A DNA stretch of 64,000 bases from Paraspadella gotoi. Lineage: Eukaryota; Animalia; Chaetognatha. The notes under the pieces were generated by a model, which was not told where the DNA came from, ran no database searches, and saw only the letters and a program-made list of their open reading frames with translations. A program made the translations under genes and the position numbers. The stretch is taken from positions 6,363,996 to 6,427,995 of the forward strand of contig JBJCIZ010000239.1 of the NCBI GenBank assembly GCA_051294375.1. Direction: 5' to 3'. Below are positions 27,975-41,970 of this stretch, piece after piece (the first letter of the stretch is position 1; the number at the start of each line of letters is the position of its first letter).

Positions 27975-30900
27975 AAGGATCGATTAGTTTCACATCAATC
28001 TGTATCACAGGATTCGTCCGCTCTTCTCTTCTGTAAACAAAAAATGAGATGAATGAAGATCAGCTGTGGTCGGACTATGTGGGCAATTTTGTGGGGTTTT
28101 GATGGATCGGGTAGAAGGATAAGACCGGTATGCGAGCGGTGGTTAGAAGGATAAGACCGGTATGCGAGCGGTGGTTAGAAGGATAAGACCGGTATGCGAG
28201 CGGTGGTTAGATGGATAAGACCGGTATGCGAGCGGTGGTTAGTGGTCTGAAAAGAACCAAATTTATGTACTGTTTTTTTTTTTCCAAGAGTGCCTCATTT
28301 CGGTTCGGTTATCCCAGAATTTAATTTTAATGTTTAATATTTATACTTTTAGATAGATAAACCAATCCCTAACCTTAATCCTTAACCCTAATTCCTAAGC
28401 CTCACCTAATCCCTAACCTCTAATCATAAACAAAATCCCAAACCTTAATCGCTCACCGAATTCTTAAACTAATCTCAAACCTAAATTTTAATCCATTAGA
28501 CATTCAATAATTTAAAATTTAATGCTAATTTTTAACTTAAAAAAATAATTTATTTGTTAATTTCGTAAAAGGGGCGTTCTCGGAAAATGAGGCTTTCTTA
28601 TCATTTCAAAATAATCGATAAAGTGATATAATTAAACCATATTTATACAATATATAAATCGGATGCAATTTCTAAAGAATCTAGGGTTTTAGAAGACGTT
28701 TTTACGAGTTTAGCTGCACACTTGCACACTTGCACAGTTGCGATACATTAAGTTGTTTTTAAACTTTCGACTTTCGCCAATTTCCAGCCAACCAAACGAG
28801 CGATTTTCGACCAATCGTTTTTCCGACCATAAATTTTTCGTTTTCGAACACGGCCCTTTTTAAAAGGCTCATCAGGCATATTTTTGAAGGCTTCACACGT
28901 CTGCCCCCACGAGCTCGCACCCCCTCATGTCACCTCTCCAAAGGACAAGATTTATATACAATTGATACAATTCATACAATTGAAACATTCTTTGAAACAT
29001 TATACCACTTCATTGATAGGGAAGAGAGTCTTGGTTGAAAGCTTGCAGGGACCTGCTATGTCATTATCTTGTAAGAGTGATGGAGGCCTTAAACCACCAA
29101 AGCCTGTCCAAAGTCAGGGGCAAGATAGCTTATTTATTAAATGAATGGATAAATTTTATATTGGTCGTACCAATTTCATATATATATAATTGATACAACC
29201 AATATGAAAATTACCCGTTTACGTATTTTTCCATTAACATGACTTGAGACCGGTCGATGGTGGGTTATTGTCTTCGAATATTAACTTAGCAACGAGCAAA
29301 GAACATCATCTTTTCGTTGATAGTATATAGATAGAATATATCGTAGTTCGTAGATATATTATACAAATTCATTCATAAGGGGGTTGAAGGAAACATTGTA
29401 TAGAATAAATGAGACAGAGAGATATACTTTGATTGCTGATTTTGAATGCTATATTTACTTACTTGCAATATTTTCTTATTTATATTTAATTAATCAATAC
29501 TTATTAATGTCTATTGTTCCAATTTCACTGACAAGACCCTTCGAGCTTTCGATCACAGACTCTTTCACAGTCATAATTGATCAACTCCCTAAAATTGTTT
29601 CTCTCTTTTTTTCGTTTTTTTTTAATTTTCGCGTGAAAAAAACTTTTTTGACGTGAACTTTAATTTCGACCAAAAAGTGGGTGAGCGATCGAAAGAAGTC
29701 GTAGGCGTCGAAATTAATAAGTCAGACATGGCGGGAATGTCAGATATGGATAAAATTTAACTAAGATGTCAGTTTCGGGCGGGAATGTCAGATATGGACT
29801 AAATTTAACTAAGATGTCAGTTTCTGGCGGGAATGTCAGATATGGACAAAATTTAAAGAAGATTAAGGTTGAAAAAACTATTGTATTTTAAATATAGATA
29901 GATTCATAGTAAATTGTATTAAATGAATAAGGATTGTAGGGATTAATCAATAGGGTGGAGTGATGAATAGATTGAGTGATTGAACATTATTTGTTTGCTG
30001 CCTATGGACATATAATTAATGAATTTTAAATCCTTTTAAAAATTTTTTTAGCATAACAGTATAGCAAATTCAATTATTTATGTAGTAATATCCTTATAAA
30101 ATCGTCAAATTTCAAAATAATTTTTTTTTATTTTTAAGAACTGATTTGGATTCGCTGTAAAAAACTAAGAAACTTTTATAAAATATGTTATATGATATTT
30201 AATGTTTAGATCACAAAAAATGACTAAAACGTTTTAACATATATAAGTTTCTACTACAGAGAATAAAAAAGTCAGGAATTTTCACCTTTTTTCTTATTTT
30301 AAACATTGAAGATGACAGAATTTTTGATAACATGTTTTATATTTTTGATTCAACTTTTTATGAAGAATCTGAATCTTTAATAAAAGTTTTATAAAAATTA
30401 TTTTTAAAATTTACTATTTTATAAGGATATTACTACAAATATATTATATTTTACTATTCTGTTCCCGAGATAATATGAACAAAATATTTTTTGTACTAGT
30501 TAATCATACTATCTCACATCTAAATATCATTGTTCGATCATTCAAATAAATTTTTTGTTCTTGAGTGCTCCACTCTATTAATCAATTACCTTAATCATCT
30601 GATTAGACGCTTATCGCTGAATGATCGCGGGACAGATCCCGCATTGTTTGCTCAAACTTGTTTCCTTGATTTTCAGATCTTCGGTCGTCTTCAACAGCCT
30701 CGTCGACTGGGGACCATCTCGGCTCAGAATCGGGGAAGAAGACTCTTGTCTCTTCGACGGCGAAATTGTAGGAATCGACGACGATGGCGATGACGACGGC
30801 GACGACGATGGCGACGACGATGGCGACGACGATGGCGACGGCGACGACGATGGCGACGACCAAGTTTCCCGCAGTGAGTCGATATTCCGTTATAAATGAG

Positions 30901-31188
30901 CTGCTTGTTTGTTATCTGTGATAAAGCTATGATTTGGGCTGTGTTTGAGCTATGGTTAGGCCGTGGTTGAGCTGTGATTAGGCCGTGATTGAGCTGGATT
31001 TGGGCCGTGGTTGGCTGGGTTGAGCCATGATGACCGTGATTATGCCGTGGTTTAATTGTGGTTTGTGCTATCGTTGAGCTGTGACTGAGATGTGATTAGC
31101 TTGTGATGGGGCTGTGATTGAGCTATGATTAGGCTTTGGTTAAGCTGTGATTGATAAATATATTTAATTTGTATGTTTGATGATGATA

Positions 31189-31219
<31 letters not shown>

Positions 31220-31472
31220 CGACGATTACGACGACGATAACAACTCCGTTGTTGACGAGGACGATGATAATCATAATGATTTAATTTAATAATAATTTAA
31301 TAATAATTTAACCTCGTCAATTTAGATTCAACAAGTTTTTGACACAGAAATGTCCGCTTAATTCGTTTTGCAGAATCTACGCTCCGACGTCTCTTGGCCT
31401 CTTCAGTAGTCGTCGTTTCCGTCTGTAACGTCGGCGGCAGCGGCGGCAGCGTCGGCAGCGGCGGCAGCGGCG

Positions 31473-31504
<32 letters not shown>

Positions 31505-34500
31505 GGCGTTTACGGGTTCATTCACGGCGACGGAATGACAATCGCTTTTCGTCAACGACTCCCTCAGGTCTATTTTTCTTTATTAAGCGTTATGAATTAT
31601 ATTATTATTTATTCAATATATTATTTATTCATCATCGTAAATATATATATGAAATTGGTACAACCAATATAAAAATTATCCATTCATTTAATAAATAAGC
31701 TATCTTGCCCCTGACTTTGGACATATTTTTTTCCTTTTTTGGTGGGGGGGAAAGTTTTCTTGTCTTGTGACCGAGTGTGCTAATACGATACAAATAATAT
31801 ATATCATGGAAGAGTGATGGAGGCCTTAAACCACCAAAGCCTGTCCAAAGTCAGGGGCAAGATAGCTTATTTATTAAATGAATAGATAATTTTTATATTG
31901 GTTGTACCAATTTCATATCATATCATCCTACATCATTTGAAAGATCGCTTTCTGATATTTTTATTTAGCTTATAAGAACCAAAAAAAAAACTTATATGCA
32001 ATACTATAATAAGCAGAATTAAAAAAACAAACAAATATGTTAAAACGTAATTTATTAAATTAATAAATGAATTTATTTAAATTCCGCCGATTCGATTTTG
32101 TTTCTTGAGTTTGATTCCTCTGCGATTGTATATTGTGATTAGAAAATAAAGTAGTCAAAGTGAGTCGAAGGGATTCCAAAACGGTTGCGCCCCATCAACT
32201 TTCTATTAATAGTATTAGGTTCATTTCCCATGAAATATTACGCAAAATGTACAATTCATGTTGCACAACAACATATCTTGTTATATATGATACAAAATGG
32301 CTAAATATGCAAATAAACAAGCTGACATCTTAATTAAGTTAGTTTTTTGGATAAAATATTAAATTAAAGAATTAGATTAAGGATTAAGTTAAGGTTTAGG
32401 GTTGGAGCTTAGGGTAAGGGCTTAGGGTTTAGAGCCTAAAGTTTAGGTTTTAATGTTAGGGTTAGGGCTTAGGGTTTAGAGCCTAAAGTTTAGGTTTTAA
32501 TGTTAGGGTTAGGGCTTAGGGTTTAGAGCCTATAGTTTAGGTTTTAATGTTAGGGTTAAAAATTAAGGATTATGTTATTTGGTTGAGAGTAAGGAGTAGA
32601 TTAGGATTAATAATTAGGGTTCAATATTTTATTATTATTAATATTATAAATCGTAGATTAAGAAACAGAAATGGGGCGCTTTTGAAAAAAAGAGCCCTTA
32701 AATCAAGAGGACAAATGTTTAACTTCCATCCTCCAATCTTTTGACAACTCGTTGACGACAACGCCGACGACGACGACCCCGACGACTATAGCGACGATGC
32801 CGAGCGCTTTCGCCCACCGCCCGCTGCGGAGGGCGTCTTTGAGGTCGCCTCGTTGAAGGGCTGCTTGGGATTGGAACGTCTATGGGTAGAGAAAGAAAAA
32901 GAGAGAGAGAGAGTCAAAGCGTTAAAAAGAAAAAGACAGTAAGGGATAGAGAAAGTGAGAAAGGGAAAGAGAAAAAGAAAGAAAAAGAGAGAGAGAGAGT
33001 GAAAGAGAAAGGCAGAGAAAAGGAATCGAGAAAATGAAAAAGAGATAGAGATACATATATGCAAACCTCACCTTGACCTCGCCCAGTAATCATTTCCAAC
33101 TTACCACGAATTCTCTCACTAACTTACCTCAACCATGGCCAAGAGTCCGAGGGGAAAGAAACACAGAATTCCCAACGAAGCGCAAATAAGGGAAACTCGG
33201 GTAGGGGAATCCAGCAGCGGCGTCGGCTGTTTGAGGACGGCGCCTCCTTGGGTGAGGTTAGAAGGGCGGAGGGAGTCAGGAGAACGGGTCCCAAATTTGG
33301 TTTATTCAAGAAAACTATTTTAATATTCTTACGATTCACTATTGAATATTAGCTATTTTTTGCGTATTTTTGAATATTTGTGAGGGAGAGTGGGGGCTAA
33401 TGTTGTATTTATCAATACAATACAGTCTAATGGAAATAGAAATGAAAAATATTGGTTTTTTTTTTCTATCAAACTTCATTCTCAAATTGCAATCTCAAAC
33501 TTTATCCTCAAATAGAATTCTCAAATTCATCCAACGTATATTATCTACTATATTATCTATTATATTATATAGACTTTGTGGGAATGTCGAATAGAGTTTG
33601 AGTCTCAATTTTACTCACCAACCGCAACCGAGGCTCGGCGTCCGCTTGGGTGGGTGGCCGTCAACGACAGCGACATCCTTTTAGGAATGAAAACGGGAGA
33701 TGCATTTGGAGGTGCATTTGGAGGTGCCGCGCTGGAATGCTGGCCAATATCCACGCTGGGACGCCAAGCTGCAAAGGGCGCCGGAGTAAGTTCGGCGGGG
33801 TAAGGTTGAAATGGAGGCGCGACTGGCTAGGAAGCAGCTGGGGCGGCGGGAGGAGCTGAGCTGGCGCAGGCGCCGAAGGATCGAGCGCAGAATATTCACC
33901 ACGGTCTATCGTAGTGGAGGCCGTTCAGTCCATTCCGCGAAATTGGAGATGGAGAGGAAGAAGAGAGAAGGAGAGAGAAGAAGAGAGAGAAGAGAAGAAA
34001 GAGAGAAAGAAGAAGATAATATATTGTATTTCAGGAAGAGGGGGAAAAAGCAGTATTTTGACATGGTTGTGTATCAGCAAAAAATTCGTTAGAAGTTTGT
34101 ATCGTAATTTTTTGGGAGTCTTACTACTCACACTCGCACACACACACACACTCTCTCTCTTCTGGCATCCTCGTCCTCTCTGCTCTCTCCTCTCTCTCTC
34201 TCTCTCTCTCTAATCTCCTCTCTCTCTCTCCTCTTCTTGTTCTCTCTCTCTCTCCTCTTCCTAATCTTTATTGATAAAACCAGCCTTTGAACACTATTGC
34301 TTGTAAAATTATAGGGAAGGCAATCAAAACTATCTTTAATTTCCGTTCTTACCCATCTATAATATAATATAAATTATATATAATAGAATACAACATATTG
34401 TTATAAGTGCTGCCTTTTATATAGTTTCTACAATTAGAAAACAAAAAAGACAGAGTTAAAATCACATTCGCTGCATCAGAAGTTCAGAGGAGGAAACTAA

Positions 34501-37500
34501 CTGTTCCCCAGTCTCGATCGACAAAAAATACGCAAATCTGATTGGGCTAAAAGCGACGCGAAAATGATTCTTCATAGTGGCTAAAAACGACAGTGTCAAA
34601 AAAACCGAAGGCCTTTCTTTTCTTCTCTTTCCACAGGGACACCAATGGCTCCTTTGGATCAAAAAAAGCTCCAGCAATCGTCTTCGTTCTCTTCAACTCC
34701 AGTAAAGGTGGAGCTCCTATTCGCTGCCCACCTTGAACGTTTTCATCCAGACGGCGTCTTCCGCGGGCGCCCTTCGGGGTTCCAATTCCTGGGCGCCGTT
34801 CGGTTCCTTTCCGGCGCCATTCTCGGTTCGCTAGATGCCGCACGCCGTCGAAAGCCCGGAAGTGTAGGCGTCCTCCAGCGACGAAGAAAAATCGCGCGTT
34901 TATCTTACGCTAGGTTTCTTCATTGAAATTAATTTTTTTTTTTCGGGGGGGCGGGGCAGAGGAAATTGGGCGAAAAATATGAATCTATTTTCTTTCTCTC
35001 CTCTCTCGGTCTCTGCTCTCGCACTCTCCTCATCATCCGCCGCGGCTCGCGGCGCCAGCTCGACCTCAGTACGCGCGGCCGCCTCTCTCTGCGTCTCTTT
35101 CGTCGTACTCTGCTGCCTCTCCTGCTGAGCCTCTCTCTCTCCCGGCATCCTCTTTCTGTCGGCTCAAGACGATCGACCACACATTCTCTGCTTTCTGTCG
35201 CAAGTCTGCGTTGTCGCCCTACAGAGGGCAAATCTTAGTCATCACTCTCTCATCTCGTCGATCCAACCGCCGCTGGATAGAGGTGTCGTGTCTCTACCCT
35301 CGTCAGTCGCTCCCAGACAGTCTAGCGTGCTCCCGTCATCGTCATCGACGCATCGCGGGGGCACTGCAGCGACTACTGATGACCGTCCGCGCGTGGCATC
35401 AGATACCGTACCCACCAGTTGTCCTAAGTCAGCAGGCGACCACCGGCCGTCTAGCAGACCGCACGCGCAGCTTCAGACCCGTTCAGCCCCAGGCGGCGAG
35501 CCGGACCGTGTCCTGCCTGAACGTTCGGGCGCAGACGCGGACGCAGCGCCGATCGCCGCTGCTGCTGTTTCCGGAGCGATTCGTCGAGGCGGTGATCGTG
35601 GCGGACGCGACTATGTTGTGGTTTTACGGACCGAGAGAGATTCATCTTTATCTCCTCACTATGATGCGCATAGTGAGTCGTTGTTGTTGGCGTTGACAGT
35701 CTCGTTGTGATTGTCATCGTACGGTGTTTTCAATGCAATTGTCATTGTCGTTGCTGTCAATGTGATTGTCGTTATTATTGTCATCGTCGATGCTGTTTTG
35801 TGGTTGTGATTCCCTTTGTTCTGATTGTCTTTTTCATTACGATTGTCATAGTTGTTGATGTAATCGTTGTTTAATTCAATGCAATGTCATTGTCGTTTTT
35901 ATGGTTTTAATAGTCATAGCGATTGTTTTCATTATCTATTATCGTCATTTCTGTTGTTTTGATTGTCATAATGACTTTCATAGTGATTGTCATTTTTATA
36001 GCTGTCATTATGATTGTTATCCAGTGTCATCTTGGTTGCTATTTTTTTGATTGTCAGAATGATTTTTTTCATTGTCGTTGTCATTTTTATTGCTCTTATT
36101 ATAACTGTCATCATGATTGTTTTAAATTATGATAGTCATCGTCATTGTTGTCGTTGTCACCCCCCCCCCATTTTTCATCCATTTCAGGTGAGCCAAGTCT
36201 ATGAGTCAGAATCCCTTCTCGGCACCGACGGACTCAGGGTTCGAGTCTCCGTCGTCAGGGTCCAAGTCTTGGAGAGACTTGAACCCGAGATCGTGAGAAA
36301 GTCCGACGCCTTTGGGAGTTTGGGTGAGTGTTGAGATTTTAAGTTTTGACCCGGCGCTAGCAGTCCCTTAGATTTGAGATTTTTTTTCTGTCTTAACCAA
36401 TGAGCAACCAACTATAAGCAAATACATTTGTAGAAAGCGATGCCTTTTTATTCGCGTATAATTGTTTAGTTTCGTTTAGATCGATAGAATCATTTGTTTC
36501 CGTTGAATATCTGAATTTACTCTTCCCCGCGATCAGCTGTTACGAGAGCTAACTAACGAGCGTGTTTCAGTTTAATCTTTCACAAGTCTTTTACTCTCAA
36601 TTCAAAACACGTGTGTAAAATGAAAAGGAAAATACTTTAAATAATGTTTTGTACTATAAAGCTGCCAATGTTTTATTCTCTATTCTGGAACCCAAATTGA
36701 AGGTTAGTTTACCTTGGAATTATATTGAATTACTTAGGTTATATATGTTACTTAAAGTTTAAGGTTTATTTGTACTAATTTAGCATTGTCTATTTTTTAT
36801 AGTTTTAACACGCTCCTCCTCCTTCTTGCCAACTTGTCCTTCTACTACCATCCATTCACCATTGCCTTGGTTCCTTGTTTATTTGTCTACTTACCATGAA
36901 TATTTGTACCTGAGATTGGAAATTGTATTATCTCAAAATGTGGTTACTGTTTCTGCTTTATTACATGTTAGAACTGTTTAGTTTCCAAAGATACTTATTT
37001 GAGAGCAGTTGAACACGGATTTGAATTCAATAATTAATTAGGGCACAAATTAGGGCACTAAGAAGCGTTAAGAAGGGCTTCAACATTTTTAACGTAAGTG
37101 GGACAGACCGCCGGACAGACATACCGACCGACGGACAGACGGACAGACCGACCGAAAAGTACTCGCGACGCAACTAAATTTTTTTTTTCGCTTAGCGAAA
37201 ATGTATTTAAGATAATTATTTACCATATAAATCTACCCTAATAATAAATTCTTTTCTGTTTTGTTTTTTTTTTTGGTTTTTTTTCAACTTTTGAGTTTCA
37301 TTCTGTGAAATCAAAATGTACCTTCTTCTCGAACTCCCCCCTATCCGACAGAACGGGTTTGTCGCTATCGCGCCTCCTCAGAAAACGACGACGACGACGA
37401 CGACAGCGACGACGACGACGACGGCGACGTGACCATCTTCTTCACTCGCACCAAATTCGGGCCATCGGGTCTCGCGCACAAACGCGGCATGTGCAGCGAG

Positions 37501-40349
37501 GGAAAGAGTTGCGTGCTGGTGCAAGATCAGGGTGAGTCGCGGTGGGGTTAAGAGTTGGGAAAAGGGTAAGGGATAGGGGGAGAGAGAGTGGGGGGGGAGG
37601 AGAAATTGGGAAAATGGGAAATTAGCCGAAAGAGAGGGTTATAAAAGAAAAGGACAAAACAAACGATTAAAAAAATTGAAAGCAAAGAACGAGCTGAAGC
37701 AAGCTTTGAAAAGGAGGGAAAAACAAGCTTTAGCGATTAAAAAAAGAAAGAGCGAAGGAAAAGAAGCCAAGGTAAAAATAAGAATATCAAGGAAAAGCAA
37801 ACCCAGAAAGCCAGGCAAGCCTTAAGCCGAGCAAGCAAAGCAAGGCAAGCAAGCCAAGCAAGCCAAGCAAACAAGCTTAAACCTCTCAGGCCTGACGAGT
37901 GCCTTCGTCGTCGCTCACGAGCTGGCTCATTCCATCGGACTCGAACACGACGGGACGGAGAACGGATGCAGAGATGACGCCGCCAGGGGGAGCGTCATGG
38001 CGCCGCTAGTTAAGGTGGGTTGTGGTCATGGCGCCGCTTTTTAAGGTGGGTTTTGGTCATGACGCCGCAAATTAAGGTGTGTGTGGGTTAAGGCGCTGCT
38101 ATTTAAGATGGGTTTTAATCATGTCGCAGCAAATTGAAGTATGTTGCGGTTATGGCGCCGCTCTTTTAGATAGGTTTTGGTCATGGCGTCGCAAATTAAA
38201 GTGTGTTGAGATTATGGCGCCCCTCTTTCAACTGGGTTTTAGTCATGTTGCTGCAAATTAAAGTGTGTTACGGTCATGGCGCTACTCTTTAAGATGGGTT
38301 TTAGTCATGTTTCTGCAAATTAAAGTGTGTTGCGGTCATTGTGCCGCTCTTTTAGATAGGTTTTGGTCATAGCGCCGCTAGTTAAGGTGGATTGTAGTCA
38401 TGGCGCTGGTAGTTAAGTTGGGTTGTTGTCTATCAATGCTCACTGTGAGTTGTGGTCATGACGCAAGTCGTTAGGTTGAGTTGTGCTCATGAGACCATTC
38501 ATTAGAATGGGTTGAGGTCATGGCAATTCTTAAATTCGTCTAATTGTGATCTCGCTCAAAATTAATTTATGTATTCCCGCCCCCTTTTCCCCCATCCATT
38601 TCTACAGGCCCACTACACCCGGTTCTGGTGGTCGCGCTGCAGCTTCTGGGAGATGCGGGAGATGCTGTCGCACCTGTCATGTCTCAACGATCGTCCGAAA
38701 AGGAAGGCGCGGAGTCGTGAGCCAATCAGAGAACCGATCGGGATGAGATATTCGTTCGACGTAGGTGGCGTCGGTGGGTTGGTGTGGGGGACGGTGTAGG
38801 AATAAGTGTGATGATGGTGTAGGGGTGGCCAAGGTGACTTGGTTTAAGTATGCGGGTTGTATGGGGTTTAGTGTGGCGGTAGCTTGGGGATAGTGTGGGG
38901 AATGATAAAGGTATGGAATTAAAGTAACGGATTTGGTGCAAGAACAAAAGAGTTTTGAATAACTTGTATTTGCAATTGTGAATTTTGAAGGCTAAAGCGA
39001 ACGTGAATTAAATATATTATTTAGTAGTCTTTATTATCATCTGTTTGTCTGTCATCTGTTTATCATCTGTTTGTCTGTTATCTGTCTATCATCTGTTTAT
39101 CTGTTATCATCTGTTTCTTCTCGACGTCGCAATCATCTCCCGCCTTCCATCCCCTCTTCCCTTCCCCCCCCCCACTTTTTTTTCCTCTTTGCAGAATCAA
39201 TGTCGGCAAGAATTCGGTTACGGATACCGACTTTGTCGGCATCGTGACCCCGACTCGGTCTGTCATCAACTCTGGTGCGCCGACCGACGTCGCCCGGCCG
39301 AGTGTCACACTAAGAAAGGTTTTTCTTTTGTATCTCAGTTTTCTTTTCCATCTTTCCTTTCTTTTTTTTTTTTTTTTTTTTATGATTTCGCTTTTCTTTC
39401 TACCCCTAACCTAATTTTTAAATGTCAAAAATAAAAAAATAATTTAATTTTGAATATAAGTAGAAATGGAGAGCTTTTGGAAAATATGGCCAATTTGTAA
39501 ACAGACAGAAATCCCATTGGAACACCCTGTATCGCCCTCTCAGGCCCTCCGCTCCCCGGCACTTATTGCGGTGCCGGAATGTGGTGCTTGGGTGGATATT
39601 GCGTCCCCATTAAATCCGCTCTCATTCGGATCGACGACGACGATAATGACGACGACGACGACGACGACGGCTGGAGCGACTGGAGCGAATTCGGAGATTG
39701 CTCCAGGTCTTAGTTGTTTGTTTGGATTTTTTAAATTTTATTTTGTTGTTTATTTGTGTCATTTGTTTTTGGTTTGTTGTTTTTTTTTGTCTTTTGTTCG
39801 TTGAGTTTTTGTTATTATTTGGTTGTTTGTTTGTGTTTTATCTTTTGTTTTTATTATTCTGTTGTTTATTTTTATCATTTGTTCTAGTTTGTTGTGTTTT
39901 GTCTTTTGTTCATTGTGTTTTTGTTATTATTTGTTTGTTGGTTAATGTTAAAGTGTTTTATTTTTTGTTTTTTGTTTGTTTTTTTGTCTTTTGTTCTTTG
40001 TGTTATGTTATCATTTTGTTTGTTTGTTTATGGTTTTGTTGTTACTATGTTTTATTTGTCTTTAATCTTAAATCTTACATTTATGCAATCCCCAATTGCC
40101 CCGTCATCATCAGAGAGAGAGAGAAACTTACCCAGCAGCCCACCCTCTTCCCGCAGGACTTGCGGGACGGGCGCGCGACGCCGTGTCCGCCGCTGCATCA
40201 AACGCGGCGCCGTCTGCCTGGGGCGGCGGGTGGAGCACCAGCTCTGCAACCAGCACCGCTGTCCTATGGAGGTCGACTATCGGACGCTGCAGTGCGAGGA
40301 GGCCGCGGCGGAAATGGATCTGGAAAAAGGTTTAGGGAGTGAGAGAGAG

Positions 40350-40384
<35 letters not shown>

Positions 40385-41939
40385 GACAAGAAAGAGGAAA
40401 ATAAATGAAAGAAAGGGAAAAAAAATTGCCCGCTCGTTATTTTGTTTAAAATAGTATTAACAATTTTAAAAAAGTACATAATAATATACTTTTTTTTTGC
40501 CTCCATATTTTCAGAAAAGGAAAGAAAGAGAAAAAAGAAAGAGCTGCGTCCGGAAAGGATCGTCAACGATGTCTTTCCACAAAAAGTCGCTAGGAATGAC
40601 TCCTCTTCCTCCTCCTCCTCCTCTTCCGCTCGACGGGCGGTTTGGTTTCCACGTCTGCCGGAGGACGTCAGAGAGGAAGTCGGCGAATGCGAGGTTGTGG
40701 TCGGAGTGGTGGGATTTGTGGTTGGAGAAGATTGTGGTCGGAATCGTGGGGATTGTGGTCAAATGAGGTTATGGTTGGAGTGGTGGGATTTGTGGTCAAA
40801 TGAGGTTGTGGTCAGTTTTGTGGGATTTATGGTCAAATGAGGTTGTGGCCAGTTTTGTGGGATTTATAGTCAAATGAGGTTGTGGTCAGTTTTGTGGAAT
40901 TTATGGTCAAATGAGGTTGTGGTCGGATGGGTCCTTCCAGTTTTTCTCTCTCATTCTCCTCCTCCTCCTTTCCTTACCTTCCTCCTCCCCCTCCTCCTCT
41001 TACTCCTCCTTCAGCTCGTCTGCGAGGACCTCCTCAGCGGCGCCGTCCACCACCACAAGCAAAGCTTCGTCGATGGAACCAAATGTTCCAACGAAAGAGA
41101 CGACGTCTGCATCGAGGGACAATGCGTTAAAGGTTTGGGCCTTGTTTTCCCAAAGCGCTCCATTTCATCTTGAATTCGGAATTAAGTTACTTTCCATGTT
41201 TATAAGGTTTAAGGTGTCAGGACAAGAAGAGGATTAGGTTAAAGAATTAAGGTTAAGGATTAGGTTAAAGGATTAAGGTTAAGGATTAGGTTAAAGGATT
41301 AAGGTTAAGGATAAGGTTAAAGGATTAAGGTTAAGGATTAGGTTAAAGGATTAAGGTTAAGGATTAGGTTAAAGGATTAAGGTTTAGGATTAGGTTAAAG
41401 GATTAAGGTTAAGGATTAGGTTAAATGATTAAAGTTAAGGATTATGTTAAAGGATTAAGGTTAAGGATTAGGTTAAAGGATTAAGGTTAAAGATTAGGTT
41501 AAAGGATTAAGGTTAAGGATTAGGTTAAATGATTAAAGTTAAGAATTATGTTAAAGGATTAAGGTTAAGGATTAGGTTAAAGGATTAAGGTTAAGGATTA
41601 GTTTAAAGGATTAAGGTTAAAGATTAGGTTAAAGGATTAAGGTTAAAAATTAGTAAAAAAAGTAACTATAAGCGAATTATATGCAATTTTAACATAAGTG
41701 GGACAGACGGACGGACCGACAGACGGACCGACATACCGACCGAAAAGTGACTCATAGAGGTTGCTCCGCGAATAAAAAGAGGGAGCAGGGAAAAAGGAGA
41801 GAACGAAACAAAGTGGCTGAGCTAAGGACTTTTAAAACTAATTTCTCTTATTTTCTTCGAGAGTCATCCTTTTTTCAAATTCGTTCTCTTCCTTTGCCAA
41901 AATCATTACCCTTGAATCTTTCGACAAAGGTCTTCTTTA

Positions 41940-41970
<31 letters not shown>

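Noticed and set aside
28112-28241. CRISPR-like 32-bp repeats
   Set aside because: The units are contiguous with no spacers, the context is a eukaryotic intron, and there are no cas genes.
34637-35500. ADAMTS pseudogenisation by stops and frameshifts
   Set aside because: The active site and nearly all other exons are intact. Disruptions cluster in one noisy stretch (33.8-35.5 kb) that also affects the nested gene, which suggests sequence error.
37994-38525. CRISPR-like 31-bp array
   Set aside because: It is a diverged head-to-tail minisatellite without unique spacers.
41232-41646. True telomere or chromosome fusion site
   Set aside because: It is a degenerate higher-order 23-bp unit in one orientation inside an intron of a continuous gene.
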